A DNA stretch of 64,000 nucleotides from Klebsormidium nitens (Eukaryota; Plantae; Klebsormidiophyceae): assembly GCA_000708835.1 (NCBI GenBank), contig DF237088.1, forward strand, positions 112,461 through 176,460, written 5' to 3'. The position numbers and the translations under genes were made by a program. The notes below the pieces were generated by a model. That model did not search any database. It worked only from the letters and a program-made list of their open reading frames with translations, and was not told where the DNA came from. Each line of letters begins with the position of its first letter. Positions within the stretch are counted from its first letter, which is position 1. Positions 50,379 through 63,447 of the stretch are shown one piece after another.

Positions 50379-53300
50379 ATGGCTCTCACTGGGGCAGCCA
50401 TGGAGGACGGAGCTCTCCCGATGCTCATTGCTCCGCCCGCCCTCTCGACTGCCCCGCTGGAGGTGCCCCATCGCCTGCTGATGGGCCCCGGCCCTTCCAA
50501 CGTGCCGGCCAGAGTGCTGGCGGCCGCGGGCCTACCGCTTTTGGGACACATGCACCCGCAGGTGAGACCCCTGAATACCTTCTCAAAATCTGACGACTTC
50601 ATGCACCGCGTTGGTCAGATCTATTGCGGTGCGTATTTGGTGCTATTTACTGGCTGTCTTGGGCCCAATGCAACGGCCAGGTGACTGGCCCCTGAAATGT
50701 GCACTTTCTATGCACCACATTGGTCAGATCTGTTCGAAGGAGTGTTTGACACTGTTTGCTGCGGGTTTGGGCTCTGCAGGCCAGGGGTGGTGCCACCTTG
50801 GACCACTTCTGAGCAGCAATGCCGCCAGCAAAGGCTCTCTTTCCTGCTCTTCTGAAACTCTGCCCAGGCATACATTTGCAAGATCTAGGCTCCTGATTGA
50901 CTCCTTTTCTTGAGAGACAAGTATGCATGGTGCGAACGAGTATTTGCTCACTTGCCGGTTCCGGGAAGTCAACCCACTTAAGGGAGCCGGTGTGGTAGCG
51001 CCAGTTCGCTAGCTGTTAGGCAGATGTGGCCTCGATCTGCGTGCCAAGTATTTGAAATGCCACCACTGAGATTGAAGGCTACATGTGAAGGCTACATTAG
51101 ACAGCTTTTTCTTTCCTCAAGCAACTTGCAACCGACTTGCAAAGTTGAGGACTTGGTTGTTGGTAAGTGTTGGCCACGCCTGCGATGGTTGCTAGTTGTC
51201 GAGCTCTGACTGTTCCTGTCCAGCACTCCGTAGCCAGTTTGCAAGCGAACGGTCCTCTTTCTCCCGGTTCTAGTTCCTCAGCCAGCTGTCATGGAGAGGC
51301 AGCTAGTGCCAGTGGTCCCATCACTTGGCAGATTCCACATTCACTGCCTGCTCCATAACAATCAGTTGTTCCATACTCAAGAAGTGCTTGTTGTCGTCTC
51401 ATACGCCCAACACATGTATTTGCTCATTCACAAGGTGCACAACGCCCCTTAAAGCGATCAGCTACTGGATATAATCTTCAACTCCCTCTCTTGGAGAAGT
51501 CTCTTTGAAGTCAAGGGAAGCACTCAGGGTTTTCGCCTACCTTTCAGTTCTGAATATCTTCATTCCATCTCCGGCAGTACCTCAAGATCATGGACGAGTG
51601 CCAGGCCTGGCTGCGCTACGCCTTCCAGACGACCAACGAGCTCACGCTCGCAGTCAGCGGCTCAGGCCACGCCGCAATGGAGGCCGGCATCGCCAACCTC
51701 GTGGAAGCGGGGGACCCCGTTCTAGTTGCCGAGAACGGGCTCTGGGGGGAGCGCGTGTCCGACATTGCGGACCGCTATGGGGCGGAAGTGAAGACGACGA
51801 AGGTGGCGGGGGGGGAGGTATTCACACTGGGGCAGATTGAGGAGGAGCTGCGCAGGCACCGGCCGAAGCTGCTGTTCCTGTGCCACGGGGACTCGTCGAC
51901 AGGGGCGCTGCAGCCCTTGGTGGGCATGGGGGAGCTGTGCCACAAGTACGGGTGAGTATCAAGGGCCAAGCGGCTTAAGTTACAGAGAGTGGTATCGCAG
52001 GTTCAGTTATATTCCAGGGTTAGCGTCGACTTGGATTGAGGACAACTGTAGCATGGGGCTGGATAATGTTGGGAAAGGCAGTGAGCATTGTACATGCTCA
52101 GCCGCAATCATGCGCGTGCGAGCTGCAGTCCTTCTCTGCAGAAGTGGGCTCCTAGCTCGGGGTGCAATCATGAGCGATGCGAGCGAGTATCTACCTTCCA
52201 GAACTGCTGCCTCCGAAAACACCCACTACTTTGGTCCGATCGTGTGGTTTGGATAAACTGCGTTTTCTGATGGCTCCGCCGGCATCTCTGCAGGTGTCTG
52301 CTCTTTGTCGACTGCATCACCACGATCGGGGGGGTGCCCGTCTTCATCGACAAGTAAGGCGTTTGAAAACTACGCGTGATCAGTGTCTGGAGCCTGCTTG
52401 GTAAAAGAATTTCGAGAACGATTGAACGCTCTTCCTGTGAAGGTGCAATCGCCGACGGCGTGCTATCACCATGTCGATGTTGTATTCAGTAGAACCACGA
52501 GTCAGATGGTTTAGCAACTCTGTTTTGGTTCCAATGGATGCCTCACAGTCTCTCTGCACAGTTGGTCCTTTTCCCCAGATCGCAGGGAAAAATCAGTATC
52601 AATAACCGGCCTTCTTACGTGACACAGACTGCCGAGTTCTTTCCCAATAATTTCCCTGACCAGCCGCAAATACTCATCGGCTCTGACACTTCTTACCTTT
52701 CCAGATGGGGCATCGACGTTGCATACACTGGCGCACAAAAGGTGTTGAACGTGCCCCCTGGTGCGAGCCCCATCACGTTCAGCCCGCGGGCTGTCCAGAG
52801 GATTGCATCGCGGCACTCCAAAGTCGGGAGCTTCTACTTGGACATGACCCTAGTGGGCCGCTACTGGGGTGTAGGGGGCCCGCGGATCTACCATCACACG
52901 GGGCTGGTAAGAACGCCGACAGAAGGTCGGACTGCTGACTTCGCTTGAGGAGGCGTCTGAATTTATCTGCCGTCGCTGCTGAGACACACAAAACAAAGAT
53001 TCCAGAAGGCCTGCGTGCAGGGCAGTTCTTTCGTGCTGCTTGATTGGAAGCTCCTCCTCACAGGTTGTTTCCCTTTGAACTCGTTTCCAAGTTCGGAGCT
53101 GGCAGCCTTGGCCACCGCGCCTCCTTGTGCAAGTTCCTGCTACACAAGACCGACCTCAACTTTATCCTCGGCACTTCACTCCGTGACCTCTGAAACTTCT
53201 TTCAGGTCACGCTGCTTGTCTGACGTCACCCTCTTGTTTCCCGCCCCGTCCCCAGATCAGCAACGTGTACGTGTTGCGGGAGGGCCTCGCCCTGTTGGCT

Positions 53301-54155
53301 GAGGAGGGCTTGGAGGCGGCCTGGGCGCGGCACCGCCAGAGCGTCGACACGTTGCACGCGGGGCTGGAGCGCATGGGCCTGCAGCTCTTCGTTAAAGAAA
53401 AGGCCCACCGACTGCCCACCGTGAGTGCTGCCGGCCGAACTCGAACTTACCGTTTCTTCGCTTTGCGGCTGAATGTTCAACTGCTATTGAAGGATGGAAG
53501 GTAAGCAGGGACTGTGACAGAATCATGGACTCAGTGAGATGACTCCAAACTATGGTCCGAGTTGCCAGGCCGCGATTAATAGCGTTGCTTGCTGGTGTCG
53601 CGAGCGGCTTGGTGCGACCTCCCAAGGAAGGTGGCTCATGTACAAGTTTCTTCTTAGCGCCATTTTGGCAAAAGGCTTCGTTCGCTTTATTGCCATGCTG
53701 TCCGAGGGGCTCTGATATCCTTCTGTCGACGCCGTTAGGGGGACTTCAGCCTCGACGCGAAATGCTTGTGTCTCTTCCATCAATCTGGCCAGGAGTTACA
53801 GCAGTGAGGCGGTCTCCTTATTTACTCGCAGTCCGTTTCTCAACGTCCGACTTCTGTCACACTTTCACGTCCACGTCCGCATGTCCTGAGCGTCAAAGCT
53901 TGACTTCAGTCGCATTGGCTGTGCCAGGTGTCGACGGTCTGCGTGCCGGCCGGGGTCAAGTGGGACGCCGTTTCCAAGTTTATCATGGAGAAATACTCGA
54001 TGGAGATTGCGGGCGGGCTAGGCCCGACGGCCGGCAAGGTGTGGCGGATCGGCCTCATGGGGGCCAACGCCAATCCCGCCAACGTCACACTCGTCCTGGC
54101 CGCCATGGAGGACGCATTGCGCCACGTGGGCTTCCTGAGACGGTCTGCGTTGTGA
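50379..54155 (+). CDS. AGXT: Alanine:glyoxylate / serine:pyruvate aminotransferase, class V PLP enzyme, AGXT-type
   Basis: [11 protein letters not shown]...[62 protein letters not shown] (PLP lysine), [45 protein letters not shown]-terminus ...RRSAL*. Confidence 0.93.
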
Positions 54156-55482
54156 GACTTGCGGATGTACCAAAAGTCTATAAAGGATGGACTATTGTCC
54201 ACGGTTTTAGATAGCGATGGGAAATGTGAGCCCCTCAGCAGGTGCTCGTAAAAGTCATTGGTTGTGGGCAGCACGTATTGATTTGGGACGCCGTATTGGC
54301 GTCCCTGAGTTGGCCGAAATGAAAGGTCCAGGGCGACAGGAAGCGGCCCTGGATGGGTCTGAGCTTGTCGGATTTGATCGTTTTGTGTAAGGAACAAACC
54401 TTAGTTTAGGCGTATTTGAGACGCCTTCATTCTGCGGATGGAGGCGACTGCCAGCCAGACGGTCAGTAGAAAAATGAGTGACCCACGGACCATTAGCCCG
54501 GCACTGATTGAAAACAAGTCAACGCCAACCATGAAAACCATTTGTGACACTGATTGCAGTTATGAAAATGACTTGGTGAAAATAATATGTCGTTAGGTAG
54601 CTTCAATATTTCTTATAAGCAGCAAGGTGATATGCATTACGATTAATGCAAGTGCGCCGCATTTATACCATATAGATCCATTCTGGCCCCATTGACCACA
54701 TCCTGCAGTACATGGGCTGCAGGCTGGCTCGTGAAATGTTTGACTGCATGCATGAAATGCAACATCGATCCACTAAGTTCCAAATGGCGGTTCGGCGGCT
54801 CCGGGTTCGACATGCCAGTCCAGTATGTATACTGGAGTGAATGATTGTGGGCGGCTGGACTGTGGTAACTCCAATATGTCGGGGTCGAAGATAGAGCTAG
54901 GACGGTGGCTGATTGCCGGGCTCTGGCCTCCGGCGCGCCGCCTGCAGCATTTGCTCCATAGCATCTTGTGGCAACGGTCGCGATACTGCTGGCGCAGGCG
55001 CCTCAGCACGCCCGCAGTTATATGTATACATTGCCGTGTTCATGAGTGTTTCGAGTTCAAATATGTCCACATAGAGCTTCCATATGCGTCGCTTACTCCG
55101 AGCCCTGCTTCGCCTGCATCAATCGTAATGCATTGATTGCCGCAAGTCACCGGTCCGTGTACAATACAGATCTTCAAAACCATTCCTTCGACTTCAGGTC
55201 ATAGAAGAGCAGCTTGTCTAGACCAGTTGCTCTCAACTTGGCTTGAAATCTGAAACTGGCAGAGGTAATGGCTTTGCCTCTTAGCCAATTTTGATACAAA
55301 TCTTCTGTACATCATATTACACTTACAGATTCCCACCTCACCTTGCTGAAATGACTTTCCACGAAAGGGCAGGCCGCTGCCCCACATGCTAACAAGGTGG
55401 ATGGCAAAGCTCTTGAATTAACCTTGTTGCATCCCCGCAAGCTCTATCGGGAACCGCAGCCCCTCTCTCCATGCTCGTCCCG

Positions 55483-57054
55483 CTAGCTGGCCGGCGCCGA
55501 GATGCTGTCAAGCCGGCGCGCGGCCACCGTGAACCAAAAAAGCAGCGTTGCTTTCATGGCCATCACCCGCACCTGCTGCAGCGTGAGCGTGCCGCTGCAC
55601 TGCACCGCACGCTGACCCCCCTCGATCCTCGTCTTTGCAACACTGACCTCGCTTGACGGGCCCCCTACGCTGGCCAGCGGTGCGTCCGCGGTGCTTACCA
55701 GGGGACAGGATAGATGCTCCAGGGGATGGGCTAGGCACTGAAGTGCACAATTCTCGATGGTGAGGCGGCCGCCCTTGTGTAAGAGACAGCTGCCCAGTTC
55801 AGCCCGGACGGTCAGGTTGGCGAGGCGGCTGTTGGCATGGAAGATGAGCGCGCTATCGCTGCCACGAGTGCAGGAGAGGACGGTGTCGTCCTGGGAGCGG
55901 CCGCCGCCCACCTGGCAGGAACGAAGAGTCCTGGTTGGAATATTGCCAAGCCAGAGAAGAGGGTCAAAAGTTAAGTGGCGATTTGATGACGGAAACGCAA
56001 GTTACTAAAAGTAGAACATAAGTATCAATGCTTCGAAGGACAAGGGGGTGACTGGACTGACATAGATACTGGTAGATGACTTGGTATTACTCACCCGTCG
56101 GCAGGCCCTCGCACCTGGGGACCATACAAAAAAGTCGCTTGATGGGCCGACGGGCAAGATGCGTGCGTCAAATCAATAAGAACGGACCTCCGCCCAATCA
56201 GTCGCGTTTTGGCCCGATCTAAGACATATGGATTTCCTACTTAACAGGACAGGCATTTTATGGGCTAAGTCGTCGATGAGATACTTGACCACCGCAGAAT
56301 GTCCCCAACAGTAAGGTTAGGCCACAATATCCAAGTCCAAACAGTGCGCGAGACTTACCAGGCACAGGGGTTTGCTGATCCTCAGGTTGGACGCCCGATG
56401 TTTCTGCCCTGGGGCAATCTCGATAGTATCACCCGGTCTTGCTGCCGCCACTGCTGCATCCAACGTCCCAAAGACGGCAAGGTCGTTCTCTGATGGCTGT
56501 AGTTGTGGCCCCACCCTTAGCCACATGCGGGGATCGCTGGCCAAACCATGCCACCGCTTACATACCCTGGTGGCGGCGAAACGGTCTGCAGGGGCACAAT
56601 GAAACAGTCAGTGGCTGTGCCCAAACCATTATGGGCTCGAATATGTTTCCTCGTATCAGCAGACAGACTGTAGCACCGTAAAGATCTAGAAGGAGTCAGC
56701 TACATCTTGAAGCTTACCAGAGAACTACAGGCACTGTGCTATCATCTCCACGGCCCTCAAATGCCACACCCATGTCACCTAATGTTGAAGTGCGCCCGCC
56801 TGCCGACGTCATAGTGGGAAAAAGAGGCATCAGCAACAGCAGAACGAGAGCAACACAAACTGCCCGGTTGAGTATACTCAACCAGCTGCCAAACGCTCAC
56901 CGGGCATAGGTGATAGGAACGCAAAGATCTTGAGGAGGCAACCATCATCGAGGGCGTCGATCAGCGTCTGCGGCTGTGTTGCCCAGCAATCAGATGCAAC
57001 AAAATCACATCTAGCTCGTTTGACACTCACGGGGGCACCTGCCTCCCCGCCCAT
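55483..57054 (-). CDS. SKIP5: F-box protein SKIP5-like (F-box + beta-helix)
   Basis: LDDGCLLKIFAFLSPMP|DRFAATRVCKRW..LASDPRMWLRV, AAVAAARPGDTI, NLRISKPLCL|VGGG, RGSDSAL, LANLTVRAELGSCLLHKGGRLTI, PLEHLSCPLVSTA, TRIEGG, LQQVRV...FWF. The start codon at 57054 is a best guess. Confidence 0.92.
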
Positions 57055-57623
57055 CACCACCAATGCTTTGAGGAGAAAGTAGGTCTCAGGTATGGCCTGA
57101 TGCCCCTCTATCTCTTCCACTGTCAGACTAGCAATGGCATGAAGCGACAGCTCCACCGACGACCGAGTGCCCAGGAGTGGAATTCACCTGATTATCATTG
57201 TGCGCGCAGCATCCATTGGCATGGGTCTAGTGACCGATTGGGGGTGCCAATCTACTCAAATCTGAGCCCCCCCGCCGTGGAGGGGAACGATCGTGCACAG
57301 GCCTTGTCCGGGCGATGCCGACATATAAAAGGTTATAAAGTACGTAGATCTACTCAAAGGTACGATGTCAACAAGGCCTCTCTGAGAAGCAGGACCTGGG
57401 GCCTGCAAACCAAGTGCATGCCGCCCTGCCCAGCAAATGCCAAACGCAGACCACACCTGTCGTAGCTTGTAAGTTGTATCATCGCAATTTGCATGGTTTT
57501 CAGGAGAGGAGACTCTCCTCTCCTGTGAGCTGTGCATTCTACACTGTACTATGAAACAGAGGCTAGAGCACAACAGGGCGTCCTTCGAACCGCTTTGAAT
57601 GCTTTGACTGAAGGGAAGTTGCA

Positions 57624-60600
57624 ATGGGGGGCAGTGATCCTCTTCTTCAGCATCTGCTGCAGCAGCAGGCAGCGCTTCCTCGCCGCCCCAGCCCTGCTGA
57701 GCTCCAAGCCGCACGCCAAGGCATTGCAGCAATTGACCAGAGACTGGCCACCAACCTGGAGGAGCTGCTGGCGCAGCTGCCCCCTGATGGCATTGACTCT
57801 ACCAACTTCAAGAAGCTTCAGGTGATTTACTGGATTTTACAGCGGAACGACAACAGAGTTTCTTGCACTTAGTTGCGGTTTATCCTAGCTCTGACATCCG
57901 TCCACCTGTGACAGAGGGTCTGAGTTGGACGTCACAATCAGGTCAATTGCTTTGGCTTTATTTAGCTCCAAGGGATGATTGTTTGCAGCATTGGAAAAGT
58001 GACTTTGCTGCCCCTTCGCTAATCTGTGTGCCTGTATGCACGTTCCTTTTGGTGGATCGTAGGCTGACATTGCATGCAGTGTTCTTGGGGTTGACATGCT
58101 CAGTCTTCTTAAAATGGGCGTTGTTCACTGTTGGGGATCCCCCTGGCATTACGGGCTTAATGACGTTCCCTCATGCCATTCCCTCTTCCCCTGTATCAGT
58201 CCGTGCGAATTGATGCCCTTCTTGAGACCCCTCGATACTGGATTGGGGCCTCTTTGGAATGTACTGAAAGATGCCCCTTGCATGCAGGCTCTGAAGGAGG
58301 ACTCCGCTCGCAAGACCGCCGACGCAGAGCGTGCGCCTCTGCAGGAGGTTCTCGACCTTGATGCGCAGCACCAGCACTACCAGCGCCTCATCGCCCAGGA
58401 AGAGGAGGCTCTGGTCAGCCAAACCCGTGCAAAGCCCGGGGCTAACCAGCCTGAGCCCTCCGGCAGTCAGAGTTTGGCCAATCAGGAGGAGGCGCGGACC
58501 ACCAAGCTGCTGCAGGCGATTCAGAGGGCGCAGGAGAAGAGCTCGAAGAGTCTGGACTTGAGCGAGGGCTTCCAGGGCTCCCTGACGTGGCTGCCGGAAT
58601 CGCTGGGGCACTTGACGGAGCTTACAGAGTTGGACATATCGGGGCAGCAGCTGCAGGTGAGGGGAAAGCTAATTGCACTGAGGAGAGGGGTTCCGGGTCG
58701 CTCCTTTCCATGTTTGCACAGGCTGATTGTCGAGAAGCCAGAAGTCTGCGTTCCTACGAACGTTGTTGAAACTCTTTGTTCGCAGCATCTGCCTCTTGAG
58801 ACCATCCGCTTTTAGCCTTTTCCTGCCACAAGAAGAGGTTTGCAATGAGGACGATATCTGGCTGGGCTACCTTCCCTCAGAACTTTGTTTGGACCGTTTT
58901 CCGAGAGCTTTGTGAGGTGGATAGCGGGTCTTATATTTAACAATATGGGGAATCTCTGTGGCCCCTCCCTGCAGACAATTCCGGAAGCGTTGGCCGGCCT
59001 GTCCGGGTTGCGTAGCCTGAACCTGCGGTCCAACAAGCTGCGTGCGCTGCCCGACTCCGTGGGGCTGCTGACAAGCCTCACTTCCCTGGACGTGTCAAGC
59101 AACGACCTACACGACTTGCCCTCCACATTGGGCCGGTGCAGGCAAGTCTCCGTTCTGCTTCTGCTAAAGAGTGACCCGCGAGCTGCATCTGCCCCCGAAA
59201 TATCACATTATTGGTTCTCCAAACCAGATTAACAGCTCAACTTCTTAACTCCCTTGATTTCTCAGTAGACGGTAGAGTTAGATTGCCGTACAGACCGCAT
59301 TCTGTCGCAGATCTTTCATTCAAAATTGTGGTTCATAAATCGTTGGTGACATTGTCCATTCCGTAGTTCTCAGCCGGGACGAGGACTGGTTATTTTCGTC
59401 TCCGACTCCTTCGGCAGCAATCATCTCGTGGGAGAAAGTTTGTCTGATAGGCGCGCTTGACTGCACAAAGGGCCTCAAGGCTTCGTCCCTCTGTTTGCAG
59501 CTCCCTTGAGGTGCTCCTTCTCGACTTCAACCAGCTGCCGGCCCTCCCCGAGGCCCTCTTCCACGACCTCCCGAACCTGCGCCGGCTGTCGGCCCACCTG
59601 AACAAGCTGCGCTCACTGCCGGCCTCCATCGGACGGCTCTCTTCGCTCGAGGAGTTGGACGTGCACTTCAACCAGCTGCAACACATCCCGGACGAGATCG
59701 GCGCTTGCCGCAGGCTACGCGTTCTGAACCTGAGCTCCAACTTCGCTTCGCTCGAGCGCGTGCCTGACGAGATTGGGAGTTTGGTGGTTCTGGAGACGCT
59801 GGACCTGAGCAACAACCAGCTGGACACGCTGCCGCTCTCCTTCGGCAGGTAAGGACTTTTGACGTCTGGATTCTGTCAAGTTGGCGGCAAAGTTCGCGGA
59901 GCTTCGCCTATTTTCATTGGTGCGTCGGAGGCCACACTGAAGTCATGGAAGGAAAGCATAGGCTTCGGTTGGCCAACGTGGACATATGCCGTGGTCATGC
60001 CCAGGCGGACGGCCTCGGTCAACGTGAGGAAAAGCCGTGGAGCTACAAGGCTCTCAGTTGGCCACTCGGAGTCTATGTTCTCTCAGCATCATGTCAGACA
60101 CAGCTAGTGTGGCGTCCCCGCACACGAAAGTTTGTCTGGTTCCTTTCTAGTAAAGTCCTTTCTGCCTCCTAGCTTATCTCTGCGGGTTCTTGCGAGCAGC
60201 TTCAGAAATGAATGTCCGTTGTCATTGGTTTGTACAAACGGCCAGGTTGGCAGGATTGTGCATAAACTGGCTATCCGGGATTTGTACAAGCTCTCAGTTC
60301 CGTCGTTCGTCCTTCCCTGCCCCTTGGCAGGCTGCGCAAGCTTCGAACGCTGCTGCTGGAGGGTAACCCGCTGAAGGACCCCCCCAGCCCGATCGTCACC
60401 AAGGGCGCGCAAGCAGTGGTCGAGTACCTGGCGCTACAGCAGCGATTAGCAGAATCTGCGGAGCAGGGGGGTGCCGCTTTTGGATGGTTCAACGGCTGGC
60501 TGGGAGGGGTGGCTGGGTTAGGGCTGGTGGAATGGCTCCAAGGTTTGTTGGGGGGGGTCAACCGGATGCTGACCACTTCAACGGGGGCCTGGCTGCTGGG

Positions 60601-60667
60601 GTGGACTCAGACCCCCGGCCCGAGAAGGATCCAGGAGCCGGAGGGGAGACCGCTGGAAGAGTTGTGA
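57624..60667 (+). CDS. PIRL: Plant intracellular Ras-group-related LRR protein (PIRL)
   Basis: N-terminal coiled region (PRRPSPAELQAARQGIAAID...LDLDAQHQHYQRLIAQEEEAL), about 10 LRRs (LxxLxLxxNxLxxLPxxIG) over exons at 58288-58656, 58972-59141 and 59501-59848, then the GNPL motif (LLLEGNPLKDPPSPIVTKGAQAVVEYL) in the last exon 60329-60667. An extra upstream exon is possible. Confidence 0.9.
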
Positions 60668-62353
60668 GGGGCCCGGAGAGGGCGGATGTGTCTGAGAGAA
60701 ATCGTTACATAAGCATAAGTGGTCTGAAGGAGCTAGCGGGTGTGTGGCACTTTGCAAAACGTATCAAAAGTCACAAATGTTGTATCATACTAGAAGCGGG
60801 TCGTTCTGGATGTACATTATTACTAGTGGTCTTGATACACTGCTTGGCTATCAAACTTGTACAGCTTTTCTCGAGTCTTTTGTCGTTCAATTGCAAACTA
60901 GAGGCCTCATGACCCTTTGTTCGTTACACTAGGCGCACTCTTTTGGGCAAGTTGCATGGCCGCGTCACAAGAAGAGAGCGTTAAACATACAATTGAGAGG
61001 TTGTCGCATGATATTGCTGGAATGGGCACACGTGACATTGGTACCAGCAGGAGGACTCGATGTCAAAATGCATGGTCTTGGATTGTTAATGTTTGCAAAC
61101 ATCTCAGAACATTGACTTTACAAGTGGACAACTAGGTAAACCTTCCATTATCTACACGGGACTTTGCATGCCACGGTCGATCCAATACTTATCTGTGCAA
61201 CATCTCAGCCGGCTTGATGGCATATATCTATCGGCTCATAAGACATGCCACCTTAATTTGTCATGCAAATAGCTGCTGTCAATGCAATCGGTTGGCAGGT
61301 CCTGTATATATAGAAAATGATTGCGCTCCCCTTCGCGAGTTATTTCGCAATTCCATGCACATGTGGTCATGCGGTCATCTGCTAGCAATCTCTTTGCTCA
61401 TGAATCGACGTACACATGCACTGGCACTGTTGTTATCCCGAGCATAGGTATGCGATTACTGTACACAACAACTGATGTCATGGTGCTGCCAGATGGTAGC
61501 AAGATGCAGGGGCGATGCCATGCAGACTCAAAACAACATCAGAAAGTACTCTGCTACTCAGCACTGCAGCCGGGTAAGCTGCACATTCTCCAATGCGTCC
61601 CACAGTTTTGCATTCTCGCAGTCAAGGATTTCATGCAACTCTTCATCTGCCGGACTTGCACCACCATGAGAGGGCATCTTGTACCTTTGCATACTTGCCG
61701 CAGTTGGTTTGACTTGCTGCATTTTGGTGCCCAAATACTGGCACGCGAAAATTGAGTTTGCCTGGTGCTTATAGTCAAGAGGGGGCAACACTTCCTCTTG
61801 CATGAGCGAGCATGCTTGCAGCCGCAGAACCAAAGCAACTTCCCTCATAAAGATAGCAGAATCAAAGTACACGGACAATCAGCACAAAAAGCTGTAATCT
61901 CCTTCCCAATTATCAGTAAACCAAGCAGCATGCCTTGATATCCTCTAACAACCTAGGACATTTAGCTTCCAGTATAAGGTTGCCGGCTCAGCCCAGGCAG
62001 CTGCACATGCCATTATCTGAAGCTTGCCAAAGATCGACCACCTCAAATCGCAGACTCCAGCAGGCTGCTGTGTCCAAAATCAGGAGCCAAGGAAAAAGGC
62101 TACGGGCTTGCTAACTCAACCTGCTTGAATTGAGCAAAGACTCAGTCAGGTTGACAATCAAGAGCCTGGACACACTGAAGTTGAGTGTTCTTCTAACATC
62201 AGGTGGGGGCTTCAATTGTTGTTGACACAAGTAGCCCTCTAGCAAGGGATGGCCCAGCCACCTTTTCTATGAACGCAGAGGCAAGATTCGAGATCAAGTG
62301 GCCTTGACAAGCAGCACGAGCGGATCATAGTAGACATGTTGAGAACCTTGAGA

Positions 62354-62427
62354 AATGCAGGATGATGTTGACAACTCGCTCACTAATAGGAATGCAAGAT
62401 GGTATTGACAACTCGCTCACTCATAGT
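62354..62427. repeat. Imperfect tandem 37-bp duplication (core TTGACAACTCGCTCACT)
   Basis: aatgcaggatgatgttgacaactcgctcactaatagg followed by aatgcaagatggtattgacaactcgctcactcatagt. Confidence 0.85.
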
Positions 62428-62664
62428 AATTGGCAAGTCGTTCTGTAGCTGCATTCAAAAAATTACCGGTCTGTCTGCACTAGCATGCTGATCGTCCTAG
62501 ATTACATCTATACAGTGTTTGGCGACTCAAGTCCCCTCTACCTCTTATTTTTACCCTCTTCTTCAGTGGGTTTACGTTACCTGGATAAGAATGCTCAACA
62601 CGCCCCTGCCTTCCTCTGACCCCAGTGCAATCCGTCCCAACTCCCCACCTACTTTCTTGTCCAC

Positions 62665-63447
62665 TCATGCAGAGATCACCGTTGATGCTGTATTGATCTG
62701 TAATGGCATCACGCTGGAGTGCTGCTTCAACCCGTCTAGTATCATGGCCTCCCTGGCCGCCTGCAGGCCCCTGGGCCTGAGCCCTTTCTCTACCTGTTTC
62801 GTCTCTATCCAGTCCCTAAGGTGCAGCTCCCCAGGCCAGTGTTCTGGGATAGGCACTACTCCAACTAGCTCGGACGGCAACAACCGCTTTCCGTGCTGGT
62901 CACGGGGGAGCACAAGGAGGCCTCCATTTGGACTACCAGCGTTGGCCTCAGGCATTTGACTTCGCTGCTGCCCCCTGTACTCATTGCCTTGATTCTTTCC
63001 CGCCCGGACCATGAAAGCATTCTCCCTAGCTGCCAAAGCAGTGGAATGGCCAGTCACCGCTGCATTCCGCATCTTTCGCTCTGTTGCACCCCTCCATTCG
63101 TGACCCTCCTGTGCAAACGACATCCCTGAGAGCACTGACTCCGATTGGCTACTTCTGAGTGAGCACGCGGCTGCTTGATCTCCCTCTACCTGGGTGACAG
63201 TGGTGCTGCCAGTCCCAGACCCTGTCTCCCCCTCGTCACTGTCACTTTCAGGTTTCACTCTCTTTGCTGCTGGCTCCGGGCTCAACTCCAAGCAGAAGCT
63301 CTTGCGCCTCCCCGTCCCTCCTTCCTCCATTGGACTCCCCAGGGGAGAGCTGCATTCTTGCACCCCCTCGCTAGCATTATCATTGCCAGAGGCTCCCCAG
63401 CATTCCTCATTCCCCCAACGCACCTCCTGCTCCTCTGAATGTGTCAT
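62665..63447 (-). CDS. BIC (Blue-light Inhibitor of Cryptochromes)-like protein, intronless, about 260 aa
   Basis: Disordered Ser/Glu/Gly-rich N-terminus with an NLS-like PAAKRVK. The C-terminal LVGVVPIPEHWPGELHLRDWIETKQVEKGLRPRGLQAAREAMILD aligns without gaps to the BIC cryptochrome-interacting domain as recalled. First ATG at 63447. Confidence 0.72.
   Translation of the reverse strand: MTHSEEQEVRWGNEECWGASGNDNASEGVQECSSPLGSPMEEGGTGRRKSFCLELSPEPAAKRVKPESDSDEGETGSGTGSTTVTQVEGDQAAACSLRSSQSESVLSGMSFAQEGHEWRGATERKMRNAAVTGHSTALAARENAFMVRAGKNQGNEYRGQQRSQMPEANAGSPNGGLLVLPRDQHGKRLLPSELVGVVPIPEHWPGELHLRDWIETKQVEKGLRPRGLQAAREAMILDGLKQHSSVMPLQINTASTVISA

Noticed and set aside
61321-61878. 100-144 aa ORFs as a transposon relic
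   Set aside because: I found no transposase, RT or integrase motifs, terminal repeats or target-site duplications.
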